64,000 nucleotides of DNA from Amoebidium appalachense (GCA_963693365.1 CAVNZM010000012.1:4330409-4394408), one strand, 5' to 3'; shown: positions 1 through 58,205, counted from the first letter of the stretch. Numbers and translations: made by a program. Notes: generated by a model not told the origin, from the letters alone.

Positions 1-15
1 ACTCCCCCCCCCCCC

Positions 16-88
<73 letters not shown>

Positions 89-100
89 CCACCCATCCGT

Positions 101-148
<48 letters not shown>

Positions 149-166
149 CCTTCCCCCGCCACCCAC

Positions 167-16762
<16,596 letters not shown>

Positions 16763-17343
16763 GATTCTGGCCTTTTTATAAACAAATTGACTCTGATGGC
16801 GCAGTTAGTGACAACGTGCCATGTACGTACAAGAGCTGAAAAATGTGATGTACTTAACGCTAGATGCTTAATTGATTACGAGATAACGTGTCATGTATGT
16901 GATGCGCTGCTCAAATATGCGCAGTTGGCCGCTGTACGCACGGAACATTGAGTTAAGCTTTATTAGTCGAGATGATGCACATGCCCAGCGCTGAAACCAC
17001 AAAAGCCGATGGATCATGCAAACAAACAACTTAAAGCCGTGTCTTAGGTCACATCACATATAGCTCTAGCTTATCCACTCCCTCGCAAAAGAACTCCCTT
17101 CCTTGTTTACCAGCATCGACCTCCGGAATTCCCTGACTTCTTTCGAAACTCAAGCAAACGGAACACACAAACGTTGCTTACTACTACTGAATCTCAGTTG
17201 GTTGCACGTGTACATGTGCGGTGCCGTTAGATCTTGGTTTTGCGTAAATGGGTGCGTCGATGACGTCACAACGCACCACTCTGCCCATGTACGCTGCTTA
17301 CACCAGCCAACAGCACATAAGATTCATGTTGCTGGTTGAAGAC

Positions 17344-17372
17344 CTACCACCTACTGAGGCGGTGTCTCCGTT

Positions 17373-17412
<40 letters not shown>

Positions 17413-17476
17413 AAAAGGGACCGCCTGAGTAGATGTTAAAACGTCGCACGTGCGGCAACACGTCAGTACGTGTTAG
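17344..17476 (+). mobile_element. Mutator-like MITE, copy 1 (133 bp, 9-bp TSD GTTGAAGAC)
   Basis: Imperfect 23-bp TIRs (CTACCACCTACTGAGGCGGTGTC versus CTAACACGTACTGACGTGTTGCC, 17/23), central poly-T, TSD at 17335-17343 and 17477-17485. Confidence 0.85.
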
Positions 17477-17535
17477 GTTGAAGACCATGTAAACAGGGAA
17501 AAAAGAAAACGTACCCTTTACATGTATTCCAGTTT

Positions 17536-17919
17536 CTATTCGACAAACACGACCTCTTCTGCGTTTCTGTCCAGCAAGTTCCCAAGAGCCTCAATCTCAG
17601 TCAGTACATTCTTTCTAGCCTGTGCCTCCAGGGCACTATAGAAATACTGAGAGAAAAACAGTCTGTCTCTGTCCAGGAATTTACGCAAGACCTGTGGCCT
17701 TTTAGTGCAGTACACTTCCATCGGTACGTGGATATATTCTTGACGTATTTGCTGGGCGTACTTTCTGTACTCTGTGAAGATGGAGGAACACTGTGTTGTC
17801 AGCTAAAACAGTTCTGATGTTTGTCGTTAGGGTGTGTGAGCAGGTGGGGGAGGGGATGGGGAAGGGGGAAGCTGAGAGAGGGGAGAGAGGGTTCTATGCT
17901 GGCAAAAAGTTTGAGGAAA

Positions 17920-17967
<48 letters not shown>

Positions 17968-19311
17968 AAAAAAAGGAAAAGAAAAGAACAAAAGAAAAGA
18001 AGAAGTAAGAACGAAAAGAAAAGTCTTAGAAAATAAGTGAAAAAGGAAAGGAAACGAAAGAGAGAAAGGCCAAAAAAAATTAATAAAAAATAGGACTTGA
18101 CTTATGAAAAGGAATCAGGCAAAACCAAGCAAACAGAAAATACACCAAGCTAGGTGTGATACCTGGCCATGGTTTGCCGAGGACGGAGAGATCCAAATCC
18201 AAAAACAAGGTTAGGTCGGTGTCCTTGGTGTCTTCCAGGGTGTGTGTGCGAGTGGCCAGTATGTATTTCTTGACTAGCGCAGCGTCCTTTTCGTCCTGGA
18301 AGGGAAAGACGAGGGGAGAAGGGTGGTATATTAGTTTTGTTGTCAATAAAGGAAGTCGTAAGTTATCATATAACGCCACTTCAATCATTGAAAAGGGATG
18401 ACGGTTGTTTTGCAGCTTCAAGTAGAATTTCTAGGGTTATACAGAGTTGTGAGGACGGGAGGGATGGAGACAAGAAGTCAGGTTCGCAGGTTTAGAAGGA
18501 GCAATGGTGTGCACTTCGCTTGACAAAGACTGCAACAGCCCATGTGGGGTTGAGTCCACAGTCCGGCAGGTGTCAGATACTGAATATGTATGAGTTGTGG
18601 TCTAGACATGATCATCTGTTTTCTTCTTTTCGCCCGTTTAAACCAAACCATGGGGTTTGCCTACCAGCTGGCAGGCAGAGGCAAAGTCGCTGAAACATGC
18701 TGCGCTCAACTCCTCGTTGTCGCTCCGTGTGGCATCATAGATGATGCTGTTTTGACAGGAAAGTGTTAGGCTACTAATTAGAGCAATTCCATTATTAAGG
18801 TACATCCCAAGTGATTCAGTTATGCTGCCTACTAGTGCTTTGCTATATGTAGAGCCGGCATGTGGACATGCTTTGTGTGCTTGTGCGTGTGGTGCACCTC
18901 GAAAGATGGAAAGATCTATATATACCAGGGAAGTGCAACATTGAAGCTTCAAGTAGCTCACTCATGCAGCTGCCAATAAACACCCGAAGCGATTCCGTAG
19001 TCCCATGCCTAGCGAATAAATATTGTAATAAACTCTAACACTTACTCGTGGAAAAAGGTGGCAAACAGAATAACACTTCGCTTTTTCACCTGCGCCTCGA
19101 CCTGTGCGAGCAGGGCAAACATGGCCCTGAGGTGGTCTAGTGTGTGATACTGCCGGCTGCCGGCTGTGTACTCGGACAAAATACACTGCCAAAAGTGGTT
19201 GCTTGAGTTGGATTCCTCCACATAATTCCAGAGAGCAAGTGCCTCCCTCCATATGACTTTAAGATCGTCGTGTAGGTCCGCATTTACGGTCGAATCTTTA
19301 GTAACATTCAT
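17536..19311 (-). CDS. Predicted metal-dependent HD-superfamily phosphohydrolase (COG4339-like), 4 exons, ~238 aa
   Basis: Exons 19046-19311, 18665-18746, 18163-18295, 17536-17771 are phase-consistent. Motifs RQYHTLDHL, FFHDIIYD..RSDNEELSA, ILATRTH, FLDLDLSVLG and Y..Y...IRQEY are typical of this family. Confidence 0.9.
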
Positions 19312-19679
19312 GTTCGTGGTGTAGAAAGTTTGGCCCGGGTGCGTGCTTTGGGCCTTCCAAATGCTTTTGCTTATGTCGTGGACAGAAGTTGTTTGCCTGT
19401 GTTATGGAAGATTTAATAAGGGTGTGTGTTGCGTATCCATAAGTGCATGTCTATACTTTTTTTTTTCGCGGGGGGGGGGGGGGGGGGGGGTGGTATAGGA
19501 GGGTTGAGGGGGGACTGGGGCACCAGAGGGGAAAGGGAGGGAGAGAGGGAGGCCTAGAGAAGGAAGATGGGACTGAGGAAGGGAGGGAGGGAGAAGGCAG
19601 AAAAAGATGGGGAGGGGGCGGGTTGGGTGGAAGAAAGATATGGACGGCTGCGGACGGTAGTGAGAGAGGGGAAGGGGAA

Positions 19680-19740
<61 letters not shown>

Positions 19741-20326
19741 GTGCAAGAGAAAGTGTTTGTAAAAGCCCCCGAAACTGTCGTTCAGGTGGTCAAGTGCTAG
19801 GCCGGCCAAGGTTTTCGGTAATGGCCAAAAAGATTACAGGTGGAAGTGCTGCAATGCTGTCGCCCGGAAAAAAACGGACTTCAAATGTACTAAGTAGCCC
19901 ATCATAGTCATAGCTGAAAAAAAAAGTTCTTGTGCTTCCTGTGAGGGGTCTGAGTCGACTGCGCTGCCGACTGGTCCGCCCACCGGGGAGCCAAATTGGC
20001 TTATCTTTGCGATCGGACCAATCATGTTCCGTAATTTTGGCGCGAAACACGTTACGGTTGATGCCGTCATGACTTGCTCAGCCCGCCCCCGCGAAAACCC
20101 GGCACTTTCAAAAGTTGACTCGCCCGCGAAGCTGACCGAGGGAACTATATTAGCACTGAGTAAACAGTTTGGGGGGAAAGGGCAGGATTAGTTTAGTTTA
20201 GAACACGCAAAATAAACCATTAGGACAGGAGTCAGTCAGTTCGGTGAGCTGAAAGAGGGAAATCGAAAGCGTCGTCTGCACTTTTCACACACGTCGACCG
20301 ACCACTTTTCGTGGTTCGTTGTCAAC
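19312..20326. promoter_or_regulatory. Divergent intergenic/promoter region between the HD gene and STAG, with E2F-type sites
   Basis: TTTGGCGCGAAA at 20036-20047, CCCGCGAAAA at 20088-20097, CCCGCGAA near 20123, a GC box at 20082-20089, CCAAT at 20018 and ATTGG at 19995, TTCAAA at 20107. Confidence 0.55.
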
Positions 20327-43405
<23,079 letters not shown>

Positions 43406-44480
43406 AAGCGGTGACACCGCAAAATACTACTGCTATAATAGGTTATCATAGTTACATTATATTGTGGGCGGAAATTTAAATGGTTTATAATATTAGCTCT
43501 AGAATTGTTGGCGGAAATGCTTTAAGATATGGCATGTATTTGCAATAGATACCCGGTGCAGATCTAGAACTTCTGTGATCTAGTAGAGTTTCTACGCGTG
43601 TTATTGATTGAAGACTCTCGTGCAGTTAACGTGAACTGCCACACACAATACGTATTCTCTTGTATAGTTTGGGGGAAATAGTTAAATAGGCAATGGTTTA
43701 ATAATAGTCATTGCACTGGGTGGGTTTTTGGCGCTTGCGTTGGTATACAACTTAAGAATGTTGGCATGTTCGCTCCGTACTCTTTTTGTCATTTATATAT
43801 TCTTCAATGACATGATGGTGGGTCGGCGGAGCCGCACTGGGATATAGCTAATATCAACACAACTGTCATAATGTGTGTGCGTGTGTGTTATTAAATCTAC
43901 CCGAGAACAGAATAGTGTCAGTGACGTGTAGTAATTGAAAGTAATGTTCGTTCTGGTTGGGGTTGGGGGCAGTGCCCGTATGGTGAAGGCAAGAATAAAG
44001 AAGTTGTCCTTCATTCAGATTGGGCCCTCTCTCAGGCTATCTCAGTGTAATACAGTGGTGCACGAGTAGTCTCGTACTAACGTGGCACAAGGAATGATGG
44101 GCCGTGTGGTGGCCAAAACTACTAGTAACACCAGTGTACCATGACCATAACTGAGTTAATAGTAGAGCCTGTCCCAAGATAATAGCCCCTTGTTTCAGCT
44201 TGTTTCTGGCCAGTGAATCCGAGCATGTGACCAAACGTTCACAAAGAATTACTTGTCGCATTGTGACGATGTTACGGTCATCCATGGCATACTGGTGATG
44301 ATGTTTAACGTGAGTTACGTACTTCGTGCACAGTTGTGTGTGTCTGCGTTGTACATCATCACAATGAGTGCATGCACACTGCCATGCACACACACCCCAC
44401 ACGCCTGCACACATCGGGACATACACATATCATGCCCTTATTTCTTTCACACACCCACACCAACAACCATCATGAACTGA

Positions 44481-44529
<49 letters not shown>

Positions 44530-44682
44530 ACCCCAACCCCAACCCCCATCCACCCACCCTAACACCCAGTTGTTCCCTCGATCACATTTGTCCCCGCTCC
44601 GCGCCGACGAACATCAGTGCCAGCTGTCATCACCACAGAAGAAGGTGGGTCAACTATCCCATCCCCCCCCCCTCCCCCCCTC

Positions 44683-44725
<43 letters not shown>

Positions 44726-44954
44726 AGGCGGGCCCCTGCCTTCCCTCCCTTCCCCAAAATGATGAGCTCTCTTAAAATGCCTCTTGGATAGATGGATGGG
44801 GGATGGGGGATGGGGAGGATGGGGGATGGGGAAGCTTCGGGGAAAAGAAGGGGGTTGGGAGGGGGGAGAAGTGCGGGGGGGGGGGGGGGGGAGATAAAGA
44901 GAGCGAGCGCGAGAGAGGGAAAGAGAGTATGTATATTATATATCTAGAGAGAGA

Positions 44955-45007
<53 letters not shown>

Positions 45008-45051
45008 TGCGTGTGTGCGTGTGTGTGTGTGTGCGCGTGTGTGTGTGTGTG

Positions 45052-45607
<556 letters not shown>

Positions 45608-46633
45608 TGAATTCGAAATGGTGTTCCGGTACACGGGCGCCTCAAACCTGGTACCAGGGACATACCTGTGAGAGTAGAATGTTGCCAATGCGACATGTGA
45701 TTAACTGCCTCGGTGAGTAGGAAAGTACTATGTGCATGCCATGGAGTGCGAAAGCCAAAAGGATTTTTCATTTGTCGAAGGCGTATGGGGGATTGATGAG
45801 GGCATTGCGGCTCGGTAACATGCACACCCGTTAAATGTCTACTGATCCACGAGCCACGACTGTGTACATAAACAGGATATTCTTGTAATCACCAACCTTT
45901 TCCCGCTACATATGTGCAGCGAATTTAACAAGGCCCGACTAGACTACTAGGACTCCCGTGCCATCTAACCTAAAAAAACACACACAGGCATTAATTAAGG
46001 ATACACCACACCACTAGTAACTGTGGATGCTATGTACTTGAAACGTAAGTGCTGTGTATTCTACCTATTGAACTTTGAAAAAGGGATATGATCCGTCAGT
46101 ATCGCATCTTGAATCATAATGTCAGGAAAAAAACAAAAAATAATCCCGAACCGGGTCTACATACCAATCATGATAATATCCCATATCGACCTCATTTATT
46201 TAAGTTATGTAAAGTTTTGATGTGGATAAAAAAGTAAAACTAGAATTAACTTGATTCCAAAATATTGCACTACCCAGTAACAATACTAAGTCTAGTAACG
46301 CCGTGCGTGGGCCACTTTACAGCAGGCTCCTACTAAATCAGAGGCTTTTTACTAAATAACAGCCCGAGTCGCGACAATGGAAGGGGGAAACAACATTTAC
46401 CAAACCAAAATGGGGAAAACGGCATGGGTGTTTGGGGGGGGGGGGAGGGGGGGGGGGGAGGAGGAGAAGGAGGGACGAGGTGGACGGGGGTGGGTGGGCG
46501 GGTGGGTGGGTGGTAGGGGGGGGGGGGGGGGGGGGGGTATATGCATTACAAAGTAAGACTGTTGGACTTGGAGGGGGGGGAGGGGGAGGGGGGGGGGGGG
46601 GGGGAGGGGGGGGGGGGGAGGGGGATGGTGTTC

Positions 46634-51316
<4,683 letters not shown>

Positions 51317-51689
51317 TGAGGAAATAATTGGATGGATTAGCGTAAGGAATCCACATCATAAGAAACAACCATGTGTGTGCAATAGACGGGTGTTTATGAA
51401 AGCCATATGAGCAGATGTCAAGACTCGTATGTATGTGCCGGTGTGTAGCGGTCGTGGTGGTGATGTTTGTGTTTGTGTGTGTGTGTGTGTGTGTGGTGTG
51501 TGTGTGGGGGGGGGGGGGGGGGGGGGGGGGGAGGGGGGAAGAAGGACCCGGGGAGGGGAGGGGGGAGGGGAGGGGGAAGGGGGAGGGGAGGGGGGGGGGG
51601 GGGGGGGGGAGGGATCTATGTCGACACTCAAGATTATCATCATAAGTTAATCTGACAATCGTGCAATATCGTAAGAAGACAGGCAAAGC

Positions 51690-51804
51690 CTAACACGTAC
51701 TGACGTGTTGCCGCACGTGCGACGTTATACATCTACTCAGGCGGTATTTAAGTTAAAAAAAAAAGAAGAAAAAAGAAAGGAGACACCGCCTCAGTAGGTG
51801 GTAG
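51690..51804 (-). mobile_element. Mutator-like MITE, copy 2 (115 bp, 9-bp TSD AGGCAAAGC)
   Basis: Reverse complement of 17344-17476; TSD at 51681-51689 and 51805-51813. Confidence 0.85.
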
Positions 51805-51937
51805 AGGCAAAGCCAATCACATATGGTCAAGCCGATTTTTGCTTATAACTGGTAATATTTTGATGTCACGGCGGGAAACATTGACATAAACATTAGGCTC
51901 AATTGAATGGACGTGGAACGGGATACGCACTGTGACC

Positions 51938-52009
<72 letters not shown>

Positions 52010-53146
52010 CCCTGCCACGTTCGACTGTGGCCTCAGCCGCCGTATGACCAAGTATACTCTATTTTTCAAGGGTATGAGTTGGCGCGTGATCAGTCGCTTC
52101 GGAAGAAGAGTTTTGTCAGCCTGGAAAAATAAGAGCTACCTATATATACTAGCACTACAAACTAGTAGTCAGGGACTGCCGGGGGCCCGCGTCTACTCTG
52201 GGCCGTTTCGCAGGTACGGGATCCCCTCACATATTCGGCTGCCGTTCAGGCTTTGATATGATATCATCATTGTGCGACTGCAACACACAGTCTAAAGTGA
52301 AGCTACAAAAACACCGTTGAATAGAAAGGTCTGGTTCTCACTATGTAAATACAGCATGCCCAGTGAACAAGAAGAGTCACTCGGCTCCGCGACACTTTTT
52401 GGGTTCACTGGACCGCCAGGGGTTTACGCACAATTACGGACATGGACCGCCAGTGCCCACGTCCAAGCTTAAGCGAGCGTGCATCACGTTCTGTATACGT
52501 ACGTGACGTAACCCCCAGTCACAGCCTGGTCACCAATCAGAACAAGGATCTGCACTTTTGGGGGTGCTTCTGGTCAACCATCTGACTGGCGGAGAGTGCA
52601 TCAAAACATCTCCCTAGACTCTCCTACGTGCAAAAGTAAGCGAGGCCCGTCTGCCGCCACGCTACAAGTTGAGCCTCCCGAACGGAGCTGGAGTTTCGAG
52701 GCCTGATTAAAAAGCAACATAACATTTCTTAAGGTGCCCTCCTTTACGGGCTTGATTATCTTTTTAAACTTTTTTAATGGATGGTTTTTTGAATAAAGTT
52801 TCAAAGTCGAAAGTTTGCCAACTCGAGATTGGCCGGCGTCACGCATAGGGGCCATAGGCGCCAGATCTAGATGGCACGGCGCGGCCACCGTGCGCGCGCA
52901 CGTGCACTGCGCACTGCGCACGGCCTACATGCCACAGCCTACAGACACAAAGCAATGATAGACTCTAGTAGACCACTTTGATATGCTTTGTAATGATTTT
53001 CGTTTTTTTTATTGAATCATGTACCTGACGAAATGTTGGAAATATGTAGAATCTCCTCGATTTAGCTATAGTAGACACGGTACAAAGCACAGCCCCAGAA
53101 TCAAGACTTGATAGCTCCCTGGACTCTCAATATACTGGGGCTTTTA

Positions 53147-53525
53147 CTACCACCTACTGAGGCGGTGTCTCCTTTCTTTTTTTTTTTTTTCTTTTTTTTT
53201 TACTTTAGACTATCCTAGATCACCTTATTAATGCTGCACAGTATGATATTGTGATCCGGTGCCTTGACTTTCTTTCGGAGCTACCGATGCTAGCCTCTGC
53301 TTACCCATAACATGTAATAGGGGTGTCATTTACTACGATGGCGCTCATTGTTGCCTAGCATGTACATATGTCACTGGCTGTATTTGATTGGCTGCGCTGG
53401 AAAACGCAGTATACGTAGGCCGTCGAATGTGGCTGGGCCTCCGGCAGTGTCCACGCAATAAAAAGTGTGTAAACCCTTAGATGTATAACGTCGCACGTGC
53501 GGCAACACGTCAGTACGTGTGTTAG
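53147..53525 (+). mobile_element. Mutator-like MITE, copy 3 (379 bp, 9-bp TSD GGGCTTTTA) with ~270 bp of extra internal sequence
   Basis: Same ends (ctaccacctactgaggcggtgtctcc...acgtcgcacgtgcggcaacacgtcagtacgtgtgttag); TSD at 53138-53146 and 53526-53534. Confidence 0.85.
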
Positions 53526-54251
53526 GGGCTTTTACACTTACAGTCAGTAGCTAAATGGCAACGTATCTGATATCACAACTTCACGAATCACAAGATTTCT
53601 GTGCCAGGTTCTGCAGTGACTATATATATATGGCTGGTATTTTATTAACCATGTAAAAAATACTGCCAAAACCAAAAGAATACGCCTTGGAGTCAGGTTC
53701 GAGCGTTTTAAATAAATTAAAAATTAAAAAACAATCCAGTACTGTGCATTAAATTTTCATTTTAAACCCCCCTGCAAGAGGCATGCGATTGGCGCAAAAA
53801 GCTCCAACCACAGCCAATCGTCGATGTTGCATCGATCTCCTTACACCCCCGCGCCCATTTCAAACGGTCTTCCCTAAGTCCCAACACGGGCTTGTTTTTT
53901 ACCCTGCGACTTTCGCAGGGTTGGACGGTCCTGCGCAGTGCACACTGCACAGAGCAGCACAAAAAAGTGTAAGACAGAGATAGCAGTGAACTTTATGGCC
54001 CCGAGGTTGATATATAGGGAAGATGGACGCGCAGAACATAAGAGGGGAAGTGTTTTCAAGTTGTGTTCTGTTGAACTCGCAGCCACCTTCCTACTCCGTT
54101 CCCTTTCTATTTTATGGCTCTTTCTAATACATATCACAAAACAACAAACAAAGTAGGAACATCTCACGCGCTCAATCCTCCCATCTCGTGTGTCAGAGTG
54201 ATTTCTATTTCAAGTTTCAAGTTCCGGAATTCCCCTTCTGTTATTATCAAC

Positions 54252-54500
54252 ATGAGGACTCAAAAGGCCAAGAAGTTTGAGAGCATCAGAGTTAGTCCGC
54301 CACTACGAGGCCTGCCCAGCACTATTATCCCAGATTCTGAAGCTCTGCGCTCTGCGAAGGAGCAAGAGGTTAAGGGGAAGGCATGGAATGGTGTGGATGG
54401 AGCTGTGTTAAGGCCTAACGAGCAGGACTGGACCCCGGCACAGAGGAGAATGGCCAAACTGATCGCGTTCATCAAGGCGGCAAACAAGTTTTTGGTTTAA
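54252..54500 (+). CDS. Small intronless hypothetical protein, 82 aa (MRTQKAKKFESIRVSPP...IKAANKFLV)
   Basis: caacATG start context (same as the STAG start), non-repetitive sequence with G/C-rich third positions, and a TATATA at ~54011. No recognisable family. Confidence 0.45.
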   Translation: MRTQKAKKFESIRVSPPLRGLPSTIIPDSEALRSAKEQEVKGKAWNGVDGAVLRPNEQDWTPAQRRMAKLIAFIKAANKFLV

Positions 54501-55410
54501 GGGAAATTAAAGGAGAATCCATTGGATGCTAGTAGCAACAACATCTTTAAAAAATGAGATGAGCAATAGGACGACAGAGAATGGTCAGAGTCAAGTTAAA
54601 GACAGGGTTGAGAAAGATTCCTCAACAAGGTGCCTGGAATGACGACAGAATGTGCGCGCGAGATTTGAGATGTGTTCGAGAGAGCTGAGATGTGTGCGAG
54701 ATGAGCTAAGTGATGGGCTTTGAGATGTTCTGAGCGACGATGACAGAGCTGTAGTGGGAGTGACCGTAGATAGCAGCAGTTACTGTTGTATTTATTTTTT
54801 GGTTTTTTTAAAACAATTTGTACCTTCACTAGTATGCATGATCGTCGAAAGTCCCACCCATACATATTTCACAGCAGAGTTTGTACCTCTGTATCAGAGT
54901 TTTGAATACTTTTGCTGTTGTTCAAAGATTTGGAATATAGTGTATGTGACAGAGAAGCTATCACATTACTATTATTGAGTAGTATTACCTTACCCTTAGC
55001 TGCGTTGGGAAGGGGTTCGTCCTTTTATCTCGCCACCCTCTTCCTCGTTTTGTCTTTTAAGGTTTTCCAAGCATTCGGACGGGTTCACATCACACCCTCC
55101 CCTTTTTTTTTTTTTTTTTGTTTTTTTTTTGTTTTTTGTGGGTTGAAATATCACATTTTTTTATGAACTGTCGTAAGCACTGAAACACATATCTTCGCTA
55201 TATATATAGTCTCCTCCTGACTGGAAAACGGGTGGAACGGTGACTGTTTTTGGGTTTGCGAATCATATATCAACGTGCACATTATTGTGCGGTACTATCA
55301 TTTGAGGATGCTCCAATTCGTGCTGTGCGCGTGATCATTGCATTTATCATCAACTTTTAAACACACTTTATGACTTCCCGCTCCCCCCTCCCCTACCCCC
55401 CCGTGGACTC

Positions 55411-55517
55411 CCCCTGAGGATGTGCTCTGCTTATTATGCATACTTTTATGTGTGATTTGTACTCTGCATTGTGTTGTCCGTCGTGTATGTATAATTCATA
55501 AGCTATAACACATTCAC
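55411..55517 (+). mobile_element. Diverged short copy of the G/C-tract-associated repeat, ending in poly-C
   Basis: ccctgaggatgtgctctgcttattatgcatact...cgtcgtgtatg...cattcacccccc. Confidence 0.6.
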
Positions 55518-55548
<31 letters not shown>

Positions 55549-56044
55549 ACACACACACGCCGCCGCCGCTTCTCCCCAACCACCACTACTGCAACCAGGA
55601 CCACCACCCGGCCGACCGTCCGCATTGTTTTTCTCGGCTCATGTGCATGCTATGGGTCCATTGCCGCAGGCATCATATTAACCACATTACAGCCAACTGC
55701 CCCCCCCCTTTTTTTTTGGGGGGGGGGGGGGAGGCTCCCCTCCACTGGGAATACCTGAGTTACACCGAACTATAAGCCTGGTTAACGGTCAAGCCTCTCT
55801 CCACCCACCCACATACTTGCACGTCGCACCAACACACACACCATGTGTGCACAGCTGTTGTCGTTCTGGGGCATTCCCCCTAGAATTAGCGCACACACAT
55901 ACATTGCTCACGGAGGACGGGTCATGACCCGGAATCAATAGGGAGGTTCTACTAGGCTATTAATAGTATAAAGAACATTAAGATTTTACACAGCGTGCCC
56001 ATGCCGAATGTTGTAGTATCATGCAGGTAGTGTTCACGTGTATG

Positions 56045-56108
<64 letters not shown>

Positions 56109-56156
56109 TTGTGTGTGTGTGTGTGTGCCCGTGCGTGTGCGCGTGTGTGCGTGTGC

Positions 56157-56211
<55 letters not shown>

Positions 56212-56279
56212 TGCGTGCGTGTGCGTGTGCGTGTGTGTGTGCGTGTGCTTGTGCGCGTGCGCGTGCGTGTGCGTGCGTG

Positions 56280-56323
<44 letters not shown>

Positions 56324-56347
56324 TGTGTGTGTGTGTGTGTGTGTGTG

Positions 56348-56381
<34 letters not shown>

Positions 56382-56767
56382 GTCTGGAAATATCATGTGT
56401 GACAGCTAAAAAAAATCACGTTCTTTGTTTTAATTGGGCCTGGTGCCTTCCGAACTGCAAAGCCTACGTAGTTTTTCTCTGTGTTTTAGTTTCGATATGG
56501 TTGCTTCACAGTGCCGGTTAGTCAGAGCATACTTTGCGAATGCCGAATCAAGCAAATTGGTTTATAATCCCCATTTAATATATAATACTTCATGTTGGTG
56601 TATCTAGTAAGCTGTTTACTTCAAGCCTTAATTTACTGTTTAAAATGAATGTACTTGGGGAATGTTTCATTTTAAATACCGTCGGTGGCTGTATCGAACT
56701 GAAATCCGGAGGGAGGGAGGGAGGAAGGGGGGTCAGGGGCCGGGGAATGGGCAGGGTGGACCCCAGA

Positions 56768-56814
<47 letters not shown>

Positions 56815-56882
56815 GGGGGAAGGGGAGGGGAGGGAAGGCAGAAGCAAGGATTTTTGCCGAGTGTGGCTCTGTTGTGTGTGTG

Positions 56883-56964
<82 letters not shown>

Positions 56965-58107
56965 GTGTGCGTGTGTGTGCGTGTGTGAGTGTGTTTCTGC
57001 GCGCGCGCGTGTGTGTTTGTGTGTGCATGTGTGAGTATTTGTGTTTCTGCGCGCGCGTGTGTGTGTTTGTGTGTGCGTGTGTGGTGTGTACGTGGCGTGC
57101 GCACTGGTGTGCGCTTGCGTGCGTGGCTGTGCGTGTGTGTATGTGTGCTCAAGAAGAAGGGGACAGGGGGGGAGGGGGGGGGGAGGGGGGGAGGGGGGGG
57201 CACATTTAGTTGCCATTTTTCTAGCCAGATCCTCCTTCCCCTACCTGTTCCACCCTGTCTCTACACAATCACTATAGCCTTGCTTGCCCTTCCCTCCATA
57301 GAACCCCCCTCCCCCCCCCCTTCCCCCCCTTCCCACTCCCCCCTCCCCCCCAAGAAGTAGAGTTTGAAACAAAAACACTTTCCCCACATATACTAGGGAG
57401 ATATCTCATCGTTCTGTGAGCACGAGATACACACATACCAGTCACTACACAACAATGAAGACTCTGGGCCAGTTTGATCTATCCGCCCTCCCCCCTGCCT
57501 GTCCCCCCCCCCCCCCCCCCCCCCTTTTACACACACCCTCCCCCACCCTTTTACACCCCCCCCCCCCCCCCCCCCTCCCCCCTCCCCTTCAGAAGAGGAG
57601 GCACCCGGACCACACCACTGCCAGCTACCACCACCGCATACACACGTGGAGACACGCCCTGGCCCTTGGCAAACTATCTGAAAACTAATAAGCGAGACAC
57701 ACATCAAGTACCTGCAAAAAACATGTGTTCGTGTACGTGTGCACGCATATGGAACACACACACCCAATTCTACATGCAGCCACAGGCACATGGATGAAAT
57801 GATCTACAACTAAATCACCATTTATGGTACACTAGTAGTACTTTGCATACCTATGTACATACACATCGTGGCCAGGTACATGCCCCCCCCCCTCCCCCCC
57901 CCTTCCCCTCCCCCCCCCCCCCCACACACACACACGCACACAAGCCACATATGCACATACATACGCACAGATACACGGCGACATCCACCCACACCCACAC
58001 ACATACACACAGAGAGACTCAAACACTCTCCGACACGTGCGCATCATGACACACACGCTAGCATGCGGCACGTGCACATACACACACACTGTCACGCGCG
58101 CACACAC

Positions 58108-58205
<98 letters not shown>

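Noticed and set aside
16830-16980. RRPE/PAC-like ribosome-biogenesis motifs upstream of NOC3 (tgaaaaatgt, gatgatg)
   Set aside because: Only partial matches, which are expected by chance.
51938-52012. Telomere seed (poly-C followed by TAACCCT)
   Set aside because: Only a single unit; the homopolymer length may also be inflated by sequencing error.
54260-54487. Minus-strand ORF with a signal-peptide-like start (MNAISLAILLCAGVQS)
   Set aside because: Antisense shadow of the plus-strand ORF, which has better codon usage and start context; no donor links it to the downstream pseudogene.
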